A stretch of 64,000 nt of DNA, taken from Salpingoeca rosetta. Its lineage: Eukaryota > Protista > Choanoflagellata. Under the pieces are notes generated by a model that saw nothing but the letters and a program-made list of their open reading frames with translations, had not been told where the DNA came from and searched no databases. The position numbers and the translations under genes are program-made. The stretch's first letter is position 1. Each line of letters begins with the position of its first letter. Positions 51,787-63,985 of the stretch are shown in pieces. The stretch lies in the NCBI GenBank assembly GCA_033442325.1, contig JAWQFM010000019.1, forward strand, positions 24,650 to 88,649, written 5' to 3'.

Positions 51787-52797
51787 GTGTGTGTGTGTGT
51801 GTGCTTGTGTGTGCTTGTGTGTGTGTGTGTGCGTGAGTGCTTACTTTCCAGTACATTGACTAATATGCCGTCTTCCTCCACCACCACCACTACTACTCCA
51901 CCAAATCACCACCACCACCACCACCACCACCACCAGCAGCAGCAGCAGCAGTCGCCCTCGGGTCCGCGTCGCGCGTCGTCGAGCGAGGACGTGAGCCGCC
52001 GCCCCCGCTGGTCCCTGTTCGGCGGTGATCGCGATGGCGGTGATGGTGGTGGTGTTGATGGCCGCACACGAGGGAAGAAGAAGAACAAGAAGGGCGCGCG
52101 CAGTGGCGGCGATCAGTTCCCGCTGCGCAGCTACCCCTCCGCTGGTCAGTTGCAGTCCGGTGGTCAGGCAGGCCGCGTCATTGCCCTCCCACCGCCATCA
52201 TCCTCATCCTCACACCACCACCACCACCACCACCACCAAGCAGCGCCACTCGCGTCGCCATCGTCAGCGCCAATGCGAGGCCTTCCACCATCCAATACCA
52301 ACAACCACTGGGGCGACGACGACGATGACGACGACGATTATGTTCGCCCTGTGCCGCTGGCTGGGCGGTACGCGAGTGCTGATGACCTGCTCACGTCGGA
52401 TGGATACATGGCACCGCAGCACCTGCCACGAGGGGAGGCGGAGGAGGTGTACTCTGTCGCCAACATCAACACCAGCGGTGTGGACCCGTTCAAGTACAAC
52501 AAGACGGCGCACGCACATGCCAACAGCAGCACCAGCAACAGCACCAGCAACAGCAGGAGTCAACGGGCCGTGCCACCCCCTGCCAGCAGTCGCGTTGGCG
52601 GTGGCGATGTGGCTGCTGCTGTGGGCGGAGTAGCGCCACCGCCACCGCCAGCATCGCGTGCTGCTGTCCCGCCGACGCTTCCAAAGCGCACACATCAGCA
52701 GCAGCAGCAGCAGCAGCAGCAAGGCGGTGGCGATGAGGAGGAGTTTGGGTTTGGTGCTGGCACCATGGACCTGAACAGCCAGTGGCGCTGCCAATAA
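49522..52797 (+). CDS. Putative CABIT-like domain signalling adaptor with a disordered Tyr-motif/Pro-rich C-terminus, 8 exons
   Basis: Spliced [57 protein letters not shown]...[11 protein letters not shown]...[12 protein letters not shown]. The tail contains [21 protein letters not shown] and PPTLPKR. Confidence 0.6.
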
Positions 52798-53355
52798 TGA
52801 TGATGACGACGACAACGACGACGTGTTGCTGCAGTCGCTCGGCACAATGCAGCTTGGAGAACGGATGGAGCGTCCACCGCCACGAAAACCGGAACACATT
52901 TACGGCGTCACTTGCACAGAAAATGACACATGCGTGTCTTGTTTGTCGTGTGTGTGTCTGTGTGTGCGTGTGTGCGTGTGTGCGTGTGCGTGTGCTTGGT
53001 TGCTCGTTTGTGTCGATGTCTGTGTCTGTGTCTGTGTGGACGCGCCGGTGTGCGTTTGCGTGTTTGTTGTCTGTGTGCAATTCCTTGGGGCCATTCTTAG
53101 GATGTTTTCGATGTGCTGTGCATTGCTTTTGCTCGATTGTGTTAACCCATACATTTTGTTGTGCACAAGCATGCATGCGTGTGGTCTGGCCACCGATTTC
53201 CTTTGTCATCATCAATAGATTCTAGCTCTAATCGCGTCACAGCATTGACACAACCCACCCACCAATATATGAGCGTGGCATCTCAAAGCTCGCGCGTTCG
53301 CATGTGTTCGGTCATTGCAGAGGGAAGAGCACACACCACACGTTTGCATTGCCAG

Positions 53356-54315
53356 TCACTCCTCACCGTGCAATTCGCTCAAGAACGCGTCCATGTCATC
53401 ATCGTCCATTGCCGCAACTTCGCTCGCAATCCCGCCCTCATCAGCACTTGTATCACCACCATCCCCAGTCTTTGTATCAGCACCACCAGCGTCATCCCCA
53501 TCATTGCCATCGCCACCACCATCATTGTCGTTGTCTTGCTTCGTTGGTTTCGCGACTGCTGGGACAGTGGCTGCTGTGGGCGTTGGGATGAGAGGAGTGG
53601 ATTCTGATCGTGGCACATCCTCCACATGTTGTTGTTGTGGTGGTTGTGGTGGTTGTTGTGGTTGTGGTGGTTGTGGTGGTTGTTGTGGTTGTGGTTGTTG
53701 TGGTTGATTTCCTGGTGCCTTGTCTGGTGCCTCCCTTTGCTGCTCCTGCTGCAGCGGCGGCTGCTGTTCCGTCAAGTTCACCAACGCCTCTGCCACACTT
53801 CTCTCACTCTCGTCACCACTGTCACCCGCTGGTATGAGGGGTCTTGCCATATCCAGCGATGCCAGCCGTCGGAAAGGGTGCGCCGGCTTTCGTGGCGACC
53901 GCAGCACACGCGATGGCGGCTGTGGCGCTAACAAAGATGATGATGACGATGGTGGTGGTGGTGGTGGTGGTGCGTGCGGCACGGCTGCTGCTGCGCTGTT
54001 GGTGCGCGAAGCAGCAGCAGGTGCTGGCATTGGTGACGCCAGCATGTCAAACGCTGGGCGGTTGTGAAGTGAACAGGTGGTGAGCAATCAGGCAGAGCCA
54101 AAGGCTTGTGTGTGTCTGTGTGTGTGTGTGTGTCTGTGTGTGTGTGTGTGTGTGTGAGTGTGTCTGTGAGTGTGTGTGTGTGTGTGCCCTCCTCACCGCC
54201 CTGAAGGAGTTCTTCCGCTGCCGTTCCAATCAAATCCGGCTCATTGCGCAGCGCCTGCACGTAAATGTGCGGTTGGCGAAAGGGACGATCACTTCGCCAA
54301 ATACATAGAAATCTG

Positions 54316-54392
<77 letters not shown>

Positions 54393-55357
54393 CACACGCA
54401 CACGCACGCACGCACGCACACACACACACACACATACACACACGCACACACACACACACATACAAGCGCACGCGCCAGTACTCACTCCAAGACGGCGAGG
54501 AGCTCGTGGACGTTCTGGATGAGCTGGCACGCGAGACTTGCTCGCCCAAACTGGGCCTCGTGATCCTCCTGCAGCCGCTCTGTGTGGCAAGTTGCATGGG
54601 AAGGGGTATGGGAGAGAGCGTAAGTACGCGCGTGCATGCGCTTGTGCAGAGGCACGATCCCTCGGCACGCATGGACACCCGCTTCCTTCGCAACGTGAAA
54701 ACAGACCTTTGCGCCACATGGCGTGGTGCTCATTCAGGACCAACTCAAGCACACTGCAATCCGCATCATATGCCTTGAACTCCAGCGACTGCATCCCATT
54801 TGGGCACACGCACGCGCATTGTGTGTGTGTGTGTGAGTCGACATTTGGGACATCAGCGAGAGCAAAGGATGATGGCACATACTGCTTCGAGCACATGATC
54901 TTGCGATACAGGGGCAAGTTGTCACAAACAAAGCAAAGGCTGCACAAAGGCGACACGCACCTCGACGTATTCTTGGTAGCTCGAGGGAACAGCGTCACGC
55001 AGAGCTCTCACGTCCGCTTCGACGTCGTTGCCGTCATCGTCCAGCTGCTCGCCACTCCGCAACGCGTGCTCTGCACTCGCGAACGGCGCGGATCATCCGC
55101 AGTGAGCTAAGGTACACAGGAAGCAGCCATAGCAGAAGTACTGGGAGTCTCCGTACACACACGTACACGCACACACGCGCGCACGCACGCACGCACACAC
55201 ACCTACAGACAGACTGACCTCTGACGATGAACTGCGAGAGTGGTAGCGCTGCGGTACCGGCGACTCGATGGCGTTGCCTCCACCGCTCCTGCTCCTCCTC
55301 CACAGCATGGCTTCGTCGCTCCCTCTGCTGCCCATCAGCACCACCATTGCGCACCAT
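53356..55357 (-). CDS. Hypothetical multi-exon protein with Pro/Gln- and acidic-rich C-terminus
   Basis: Probable exon 1 MVRNGGADGQQ...SQFIVR joins EHALRSGEQLDDDG...YQEYVE. The terminal exon reads RPAFDMLASPMP...DMDAFLSELHGEE*. Internal exons are uncertain. Confidence 0.5.
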
Positions 55358-55549
55358 TCTCCCTTCTCCTTCCACACCACGCCACCCTGAACACTGCAAC
55401 AACACGAGCAGCACCAGCACCAGCACGAGCAGCAAGCTGTGTGTGTGTTGTCCTTCCTCCTGCACTGTCTTCTTCTCTGTCTTTTCTTCTGTCTTCGCCG
55501 CCGTTTTTTTGGCGCACTGCTTGATTGACAGTTGACGATAACAACAAAG

Positions 55550-55850
55550 ATGGGTGGCAACAGGAAGGGTGGCAAGCACGGCGGCCACAAGAAGGGCGGT
55601 GAAGAGGATGACAAGCCCAAACAGCAACAGCAACAACAGCAACAGCAGCAGAAGCAGCAGCAGCAACAGCAGAAGCCTAAGAAGAAGCGGCTGTCGTCTG
55701 CTTCCAGTGACTTTACACCGCGACCAGCAGCACAGCTGTCTGGGCATCGGTTATCAACGGTGCGCCATGTTGTTTGTTTTGGTTTGGCTGTGTGTCTGGC
55801 TGTGTGTCTGTCTGTGTCTGTCTGTGTCTGGTGTGTGTGTGGTGTGGTGT

Positions 55851-55884
<34 letters not shown>

Positions 55885-57779
55885 TGTCTGTGTGTGTCTG
55901 TCTGTCTGTCTGTCTGTGTCTGGTGTGGTGTGTCTGTCTGTCTGTCTGTATGCGTCTGTCTGTGTGTGTGTGTGTGTGTGTTTCTCGCCTCCTTGCCCGC
56001 TTGCCCCCCCCCATCTGTCTGCCTACCTGCCTGCCCCTTTCTTTGTCCCTCCATCTCTGCCCATCTGTCTTGTGGTGTTGACAAACGCTTTCTGTTGCAT
56101 CTCTGCTTGCCCGTCTGCACAGGACCTGGATGATGAGCCACCGACACCATCCCCGACCAAAACTCTAAGGTGCAACAACATTTAATTGGCATGCAGCCGC
56201 CCTGCTGCTCTCCCTGTGCTTCACTGGCGTCACGATCATGCGCACGCTCACTCACTCACTCACTCACTTACTCACTCCACTCACTCACTCACTCACTCAC
56301 TCACTCACTCACTCACTCACTCACTCACTCACTCACTCACTCACTCACTCACTCACTCCACTCACTCCACTCACTCACTTACACTCATCGATCGCGATTA
56401 CTCTTCTCTTGTGCAGACGCCAGCGAAGCCGCCACCTGTCTGCGTCTGACGATGTGTTTGCAGAGGAGGACGAGTTGAGCAAAGACCACCGCTCGCTGTC
56501 CATTCCTCCCGACGCGTTTGCGTTTGGAGACGACGATGACGGTGAAGCAAAGGATGGTCGGTCGAGGCCCGAGCACGGCAAGACAGATGAAAGGGCCGAC
56601 ACGGGCTCCAACGCCCTTGCCCCTCCGAGTGCCACCATGGAGGAGTATTATGAGCAGCTCACACAGTACATTGCACACGACGCAACGTGCGACCTCACAC
56701 NNNNNNNNNNNNNNNNNNNNNNNNNNNNNNNNNNNNNNNNNNNNNNNNNNNNNNNNNNNNNNNNNNNNNNNNNNNNNNNNNNNNNNNNNNNNNNNNNNNN
56801 NNNNNNNNNNNNNNNNNNNNNNNNNNNNNNNNNNNNNNNNNNNNNNNNNNNNNNNNNNNNNNNNNNNNNNNNNNNNNNNNNNNNNNNNNNNNNNNNNNNN
56901 NNNNNNNNNNNNNNNNNNNNNNNNNNNNNNNNNNNNNNNNNNNNNNNNNNNNNNNNNNNNNNNNNNNNNNNNNNNNNNNNNNNNNNNNNNNNNNNNNNNN
57001 NNNNNNNNNNNNNNNNNNNNNNNNNNNNNNNNNNNNNNNNNNNNNNNNNNNNNNNNNNNNNNNNNNNNNNNNNNNNNNNNNNNNNNNNNNNNNNNNNNNN
57101 NNNNNNNNNNNNNNNNNNNNNNNNNNNNNNNNNNNNNNNNNNNNNNNNNNNNNNNNNNNNNNNNNNNNNNNNNNNNNNNNNNNNNNNNNNNNNNNNNNNN
57201 NNNNNNNNNNNNNNNNNNNNNNNNNNNNNNNNNNNNNNNACGGGAAGGAACCATACGGTCACCCTTATCTGATCTTCCCCTTCCCTTCAAACGTCACCCC
57301 CAAAGGGCCATTCTATCCCGCCCTTCGTTTGTTATTTGGACAGATCGCAATTGCATCAAAATTACTGACAGCGGTCGCGAGTCCTGACTCCCCGATGCAC
57401 TATCAAAGTCGTAACGCCCAGTCATAAGCGTGACGCTCTACACGCACACTATGAGAGTGAGTGTGTGTGCCTTTGTGTGTGTGTGTGTGTGTGAGTGTTT
57501 GTGTCTGTCTCTGCCCACGTGTGTGTGCACAGCGACCGTGTGTGTGGGTGTGTGGGTGTGCGTCAGTGACGTGTGTGCAGTAGGTATATGTGAGTGTGAG
57601 TTCGGGTCTGCATATGTTTCGGTGTTACTCTTTAACTCTGGGTGTGTAGGTGGTCTTCTGAGTGTGTGTGGGTGGGTGTGTGTGGGTGTGTGGGTGGGTG
57701 TGTGTGTGTGTGGGTGGGTGTGTGTGGGTGGGTGGGTGTGTGTGGGTGTGGGTGGGGGTGTCTGTCCGTCTGTCCGTCT

Positions 57780-57830
<51 letters not shown>

Positions 57831-59186
57831 CGTCTGCCTGTCTTCCTTTCACCTACGTCGCTTCCCCCCCCCCGGACACACACCATTTCTCTCGCCCCCT
57901 CCCCGCCACTCTCAGGCAACGCGGCGGCACAGCATGATCTGCACTCTCTCAATGCCGAGACGGTGAGCGCCGCTGATGTTTTGAATGGCAATGGCCTCAA
58001 ATTTGCTCTGTTGTCATCTTTTTACCACACAGCGTGCCATTGCGCAATAACGTGGCACACCAGCCTGACTCACGTTCAACCTCACACTTTCACGTGCTTG
58101 TCATCGTGCACAGTTGTGTCTGCGCTGCCTTCCCGATCCGGAAAGCAGAAGCAGAAAGGATCCTCCGGACACAAAAGGAAAACAGAGCAGCAGCAACAGC
58201 AGCAATCACGGCAAAGGAAAGGGGAAGGGGAAGAAGAAAGGGAAACACACTGCAAAGGCGAATGAGGAGCACAGCACCAACGGAAGCGGTGGTGGTGGTG
58301 GCGATGAAGGAAGTGGAGTTGTTAAGACAGGGACAGATGAGGCAACGTCCACAACAGCGTATGAGACACGCACATGCGCACTGTTTGCGCTGGCGCACCT
58401 CTCCTGCAACAGCGAGGCAGCCCAGTGGCTAATTCAACACAAGGTGGGATGGCTGAATGGGGAACACGGCCCACCGCCACTTGGCGATGCATGTAAAATG
58501 GGTGTAATTGTGCTATTGCTCGCCTTACTACTTTCACGCACTCACTCATGCACTCACTCATGCACGCACGCACGCCACATTCTTATCCCTTGCTCGTCGC
58601 GTGCACACGGCACGTCAGGGGTTTGAGCGGTGTGCAGCCATGGTGGACGAGAAGACCGAGAACGAAACGCGTTTGGACTACGCCTTTCAGACATTGTGCA
58701 ATCTCATCACACACGCAAGCAAGGACCAGCTTGCCGGCCTGTCACCAGCCGTGCGTGCGCACGTGTGTTCTGCGGCGCGCAACGCACTTTGGAAGACAAT
58801 TCGCGTGTTGAATTCGGTGGGTGGTGGCAAGGAGAGGAACGCACAGAGGCACCAAGCGAGTGTGTTTGTCTGTCTGTCTGTCTGTGTGTGTGTGTGTGTC
58901 TGTCTGTCTGTTTGTGTGTGTGTGTGTGTGACATTGTTGTACATGAACCGTCAAACTTGTGTCGCGTGACATTGCGGCAGTGACAATGTGCTCTGCGCAC
59001 ACGAGTGACTGTTGTTCCTCTTTCTCTCGCTTGCACTCACGACGTCACACCACATCGCTACAATTGGTCATCTGTGGTTGGATTGTATTGCGCCCGCAGG
59101 CACGTGTTGTCCTCGCACACCTCAGCCCAAGTACCGTGGAGCGGTGGGCGCAGTGGACAGCAACGCTCGGCACACGGTGGCTCTGA
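55550..59186 (+). CDS. Hypothetical protein with basic/low-complexity N-terminus and helical (ARM/HEAT-like) C-terminus; interrupted by an assembly gap
   Basis: MGGNRKGGKHGGHKK...KPKKKRLSS. Later exons TRTCALFALAHLSCNSEAAQWLIQHK and RLDYAFQTLCNLITH resemble ARM helices. Last exon ...LGTRWL*. Confidence 0.5.
56246..56386. repeat. (CACT)n tetranucleotide intronic repeat
   Basis: ctcactcactcact... run before the acceptor at about 56416. Confidence 0.9.
56701..57239. other. Assembly gap (N run)
   Basis: Continuous Ns. Confidence 1.
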
Positions 59187-59701
59187 CACACGTGCTTGCA
59201 TGCACATGTTTGCCTGCAAGCAGCGTCATCACCTCTGCTGTTTGTACATAGAGACGTGCCACAATGCTTTCTCCCATGCCTTCGTCATCATTTGGTTCCA
59301 TGTGTGTATGGTGATTTCAGTAAACCAACCCGCCAGACGCATGCGCGCGTGTGCATGGCAGTTGTACTTGAGTGTTGGTGGGGATGGAGAAGGTGAGAGG
59401 AGGGGTGAAACCGAGAGGAAAACACGCACAAACAGTCTCACACGCATACGCACACAAAGCACGCACAAACGTAAGGAAGTAAAACACTGATGGTGGTGTG
59501 GAATAAATGAGATGGAGCAGAGCAAGAAGCAAGTGAGCGCAGACAATAAGCGCAGCAACGCTGCAAATGCACTGAGTGGGTATTGGGATGGTTGGTTGAA
59601 CGGGTGGTACGAAGAAGCAGCGTGCATGAGTTGGCGTAAATGAACCGTGTGAGAGAGTGCAGGGTGTTATCGCGACGATTTGGTTGAGGCGAAAGCTGTG
59701 C

Positions 59702-60884
59702 TTAAGCCTCGTCCTCCTTCTCCTTGAGCAGCTTGATGCCCTTGTACAGCGCGCAGATGATCTCCGCCTCCGTGATGCAGAAGCGCGCGCGTGGCGAGAT
59801 GTCGCACACACCGCCCTCGCCAATCGGCGTGTGCTCTCCGCCAATCCCGCGCACGCTCAGCCCAAGCGGCTTGCACACCTCCTTCGCCTTGGCATCTGTC
59901 CCGTCAGCCGTCAGCTTCGGAAGCCCAATGTGCACGCTCGCGCGCATCCCCGTGCCCAGGTTCGTCGGGCAGCTCGTCACAACGCCGTAGTCTGGCGACA
60001 TGGCAAACGACAGGCCCTCAATCCCGCTCACAACATCAAGCGCCGTCTTGAGCCGGTCAAACACGTCGTTCAGCACCGTGCCCTTCTTCATGCACATGAT
60101 GCGCAGGTGGTCCTCCTCGCCAACCCAGATCACAAACCCGCGGTCCTCAGACACGTAGCACCCGCGCCCGTACGGCCAGTCAGACGCAATGCCCGCGCTC
60201 GCCAGGTACGGGTCTGCCGCCATGTCCTTGAACATGATGTGGTCCGCCACCAGCTGCTTGTACTCCTCATCGCTGATCTTGTCCGGGTGCCCGGGCGTCA
60301 GCGAGTTGTACCCGCCCCCGTACTCGGGCATTGCCTTGAGCTTCTCAAACGCCTCGCACATCTGTGTCCCATGTGTGCCATGTGTGCGCGATGTGTGTAA
60401 TGTGAGCGTGGTGTGAGTGATGTGTGTGTGATGTGAGCGATGTGTGAGCGAGCGAGGAAGAGAGTGGGGTGGGGGCGAGGTGAAGCAGTGAGGGCTCACG
60501 CATCAGAGTATGAACGCACACGCATACACACATGCACATGCACATGAACATACACATGCAAACACAAACACACACACACACACACCTTCTTCTCGAGGCT
60601 GACGCGGTCCTCCTGCGTCATGGCGCCTGGCAGTGGGAAGTCAGCAAGGTTGCGTCCAACGCGCACGCGCATGCTCAGGGCTGGCAGCCCAAGTGCCGCA
60701 AGGTCGAGCTTGCCGCCCTCAGGAAGGCCCTCAACCCCAGACAGGTCCCAGCTGTTCACGTGCTTGGCATCCTCGGCAACGCCGTGGTAGTCCGCAATCA
60801 CCTTGCTGAAGAACGGCTTGAACCGGTCGTAGTCCGCGGGCTGCATGGCGTCTGTGTCGCGCCGTTGTGCACACGTGTGTTCGT

Positions 60885-60923
<39 letters not shown>

Positions 60924-61546
60924 TGTGTGTACGTGCATGTGTGTGTGCGAATGCGTGTGTACGTGTGTGTGTGAGCGAGTATGTGAGGGGACGCATGCAC
61001 ACGTGGGCGAGAGAGAAAGAGAGAGAGTGTGTGTGTGTGTGTGTTGAGGCATACGCAACAGCAACCAAGCAACATCACGGCCAACGCAAGCCCAAACACG
61101 CAGCAGCAAAACACAACATAGCATGGCTCTGCGCGCGCACGGTGTTGTCGCATCTACTCACAGCAGCCCATGGAGGAGTCTGGGTTCTCCAGACCGCTGC
61201 GGCAGCACTGCACAAGCGCCTTCTTCTCGGCATCCCCAAGACCCTGGAAGTACCCGGCATCAAAGTGCTTGGCCATGCGGTTCTCCGGCTGCTCCTTGCG
61301 GATCTTCTCAACCGTGCTCACAACACCCTCGTCGCTGCTCAGGTCAGCGCCGCCCTCCGTCGCGTCCTCCTTCTCCTTGGCAGCTGCCGGTTCCGCCGGT
61401 GTTGGTTCGGCTGGCTCAGGCGCCGACGCCGGCGCCGCAGAAGCTTGCTCCTCTTGCTTGAGGGGTTGCTCCACCTTGTCCTCCTGCTTAGGGGCCTGGT
61501 GGGCCGTCGTGGACTCTCCACTCTGCTTGGCGCATGCGTTTCCCAT
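59702..61546 (-). CDS. Phosphagen (ATP:guanido) kinase, arginine kinase-like, with N-terminal MGNAC acylation motif, 3 exons
   Basis: SGLENPDSSMGC|YAMQP, IADYH, SMRVRVGRNL, DWPYGRG, WVGEEDHLRIM, TSCPTNLGTGMRASVH, VRGIGGEH, CDISPRARF. Confidence 0.93.
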
Positions 61547-61806
61547 CTTGCTTGCTTGTTCCTCTTCTGTCACTTGTCGCTTGTGGCTTCGTGGTGTGGC
61601 TCTGCTGCTTGGTTCGTGAATGGCTTGTTGTGCAGTGGCAGTGTGCCAGTTGTTGTTTTGGTTTCTTGCTTCGATTCCATCGAATCTTTCTCACAATACA
61701 GAATTCTTGTTGTGTTTGGGTTTTTGCGCACTTTTCCTTCCAAAGCAATCAAGTCCTTCATCTCACGTTCACTGACAAGCAAGCAAGCAAGCCGACCTCA
61801 ACCATC

Positions 61807-62912
61807 ATGGCTATCCCTGTCATTAACGTGGCCCCAGGCCTGTGGTTTTACGGTCAGTGCGTGTCGGTGGCCTTGTGTGCAACACGGTTGGGTGCAACGC
61901 TGTTGCTGTTTCCTTCAGCATGTTGTTCTGCCTGCACCTTCACACGGGAGCTTGTTCACTGTCTGCGTTGTTGGCTTTTGTTCTTTTCTTGGTTTTGCAG
62001 TGACGGCCGCCATTGTTGACTTCATCACGGGTGCCTTGTGGTACGGTAAGCTGTTTGCTCACCCCTGGGTGCGCGCCATGCGGCGTGACAAGAACAGTGC
62101 CCGCTGGCCTGAGGACTCCAACATGTCCATGGCGGCGCCCATGCTCTTCTCCCTCCTGACCTCCTGCGCCCAGGTCAGTTGTGTGTGCATATGTGTGTGC
62201 GTGCGTGCGTGTNNNNNNNNNNNNNNNNNNNNNNNNNNNNNNNNNNNNNNNNNNNNNNNNNNNNNNNNNNNNNNNNNNNNNNNNNNNNNNNNNNNNNNNN
62301 NNNNNNNNNNNNTGTTCTCTTCACGCCGCCAACACACCAAATTCACCTTCACGCAAGCGTCACTGTCTCCACCCCACCACCTCATTGTTGTATATTGTGA
62401 ATGCATGTCACCAGGCCTACTTTGTCGTGCATGCGATGCCGCACCTCCTGTACGGCATCAACGGCGTCCACCGCATTGAGGCTTCCCAAGACAAGGCCGT
62501 GCTTGGCGTCTTCTGGCTCTTCACGGGCTTCCAAGCCCTCCACACCATCGAATCCGCGGTACGCAGCCGACAGACTGACACAAGCACAGACACACACACA
62601 CACACACGCCTGTCTCTGTCTCTCTAGTGTTGGGTCGTCTGTCTCTGATGTCTGCAGTCTCCCTTCATGCAACTCACTGCATGCATGTGCTCGTGCACTC
62701 ACTCACACCTTGCCCGTCTCCCGCTTTGTCTTGCTGCCACTCTTCCCCTCTTATCCTCCCCCCCCCCCAAAAAAAACAACAACAACAACAACACCAAACA
62801 GCTGTGGTGCGATCGCCCACTGACCGTGATTGCGGTCGACCTTGGGCGCAACCTCGTGCGCATCCTCTCCACCACTGGCATTGCCATCGCTTTTGGCATC
62901 TACGACCAGTGA
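61807..62912 (+). CDS. Small multi-pass membrane protein, DUF1761-like, 4 visible exons
   Basis: MAIPVINVAPGLWFY|VTAAIVDFITGALWYGKLFAHPWVRAM... carries the GALWY..LF..W signature. About four hydrophobic segments; ends IAFGIYDQ*. Confidence 0.6.
62213..62312. other. Assembly gap (100 N) inside an intron
   Basis: Continuous Ns. Confidence 1.
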
Positions 62913-63173
62913 TGTCTGTTACCAACCCGCCACAAACAGCGTGACGCGAGTGAGCCGTGGAGTGTGAGTGACGTGACGTGAGCCACGGACTGAGCTGAGC
63001 GGACAGTTCTTGCACTCTCCACCATCTTTGTAGCTTCTCTGTTTGCCCTGTGGAAATTTTGTTGGTATTGTTACCAAATTTCTTGCCTTCACCAACACCC
63101 AATACAAGCCACCAAGCGCAGAGCGCAGCAGCTCAGAACACACAGCAAAGCGCACACAGCCACACTTGCAGCC

Positions 63174-63944
63174 ATGAAGATGTTGAATGGGGCGCTGGCG
63201 TCCGCCATCTTCTATGGCGTGTCGTCACTCGCCATCATGGGCGTGAACAAGATGGTCCTCACAGGATACGCGTAAGTGATAGTGAACATGTAGCGAGAGA
63301 TCAGCACGGGCAATGGCGCGGTGTGACAAGCACAAGGTGCATGTGCATGTGTGTGTATGTGTGTGATGCCTGCTGCTCCTTGTTGGCTCATGGCGCATCA
63401 CACTTGACTGCAACTGCAACACAACAGATTCCCTTCTGCGTCAGTGGTCGCGTTGTGTCAGATGGTGCTGACGATCCTGATCCTGCCGCTGGCAAAGCAG
63501 TTAAAAATCATCGAGTACCCAGACATCTCTTCAAACATCGTGCGCAAGGTGTGTATGAGTGTGTATGTGTGTATGAGTGTGTATGTGTCTGTCTGCGTGC
63601 GTGCGTGTGTGTCTGTCTGTCTGCGTGCGTGCGTGTGTGTCTGTCTGTCTGCGTGCGTGCGTGTTTGTCTGTCTATCTGCGTGCGTGCGTGTGTGTGTGT
63701 GCATCTGTGTGTGTATTTACGATTTTGTGGTTCTTGCTGTTCTGAGTGCGTCTTGGCTTGTCTGGGTGGCTGCACGCCTGTCTGCCACGCACACGTTCCC
63801 TCAATGCACAACACATGTCGCATCTGCCTCACCACCGCGTGCACTCCCAGGTGTTCCCGCTGCCGCTCCTTTTCCTGGCCAACCTGGTGACGGGCCTTGG
63901 TGGCACCAAGCGCATCAACCTTCCCATGTTCACCCTCCTTCGCC

Positions 63945-63985
<41 letters not shown>

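Noticed and set aside
56238-57427. ORFs spanning the N run
   Set aside because: Their lengths are artefacts of the assembly gap.
57240-57430. Compositionally atypical segment right after the gap (possible foreign or mobile DNA)
   Set aside because: It is short, contig-end sequence with no recognisable motif; a low-quality read end is the simpler explanation.
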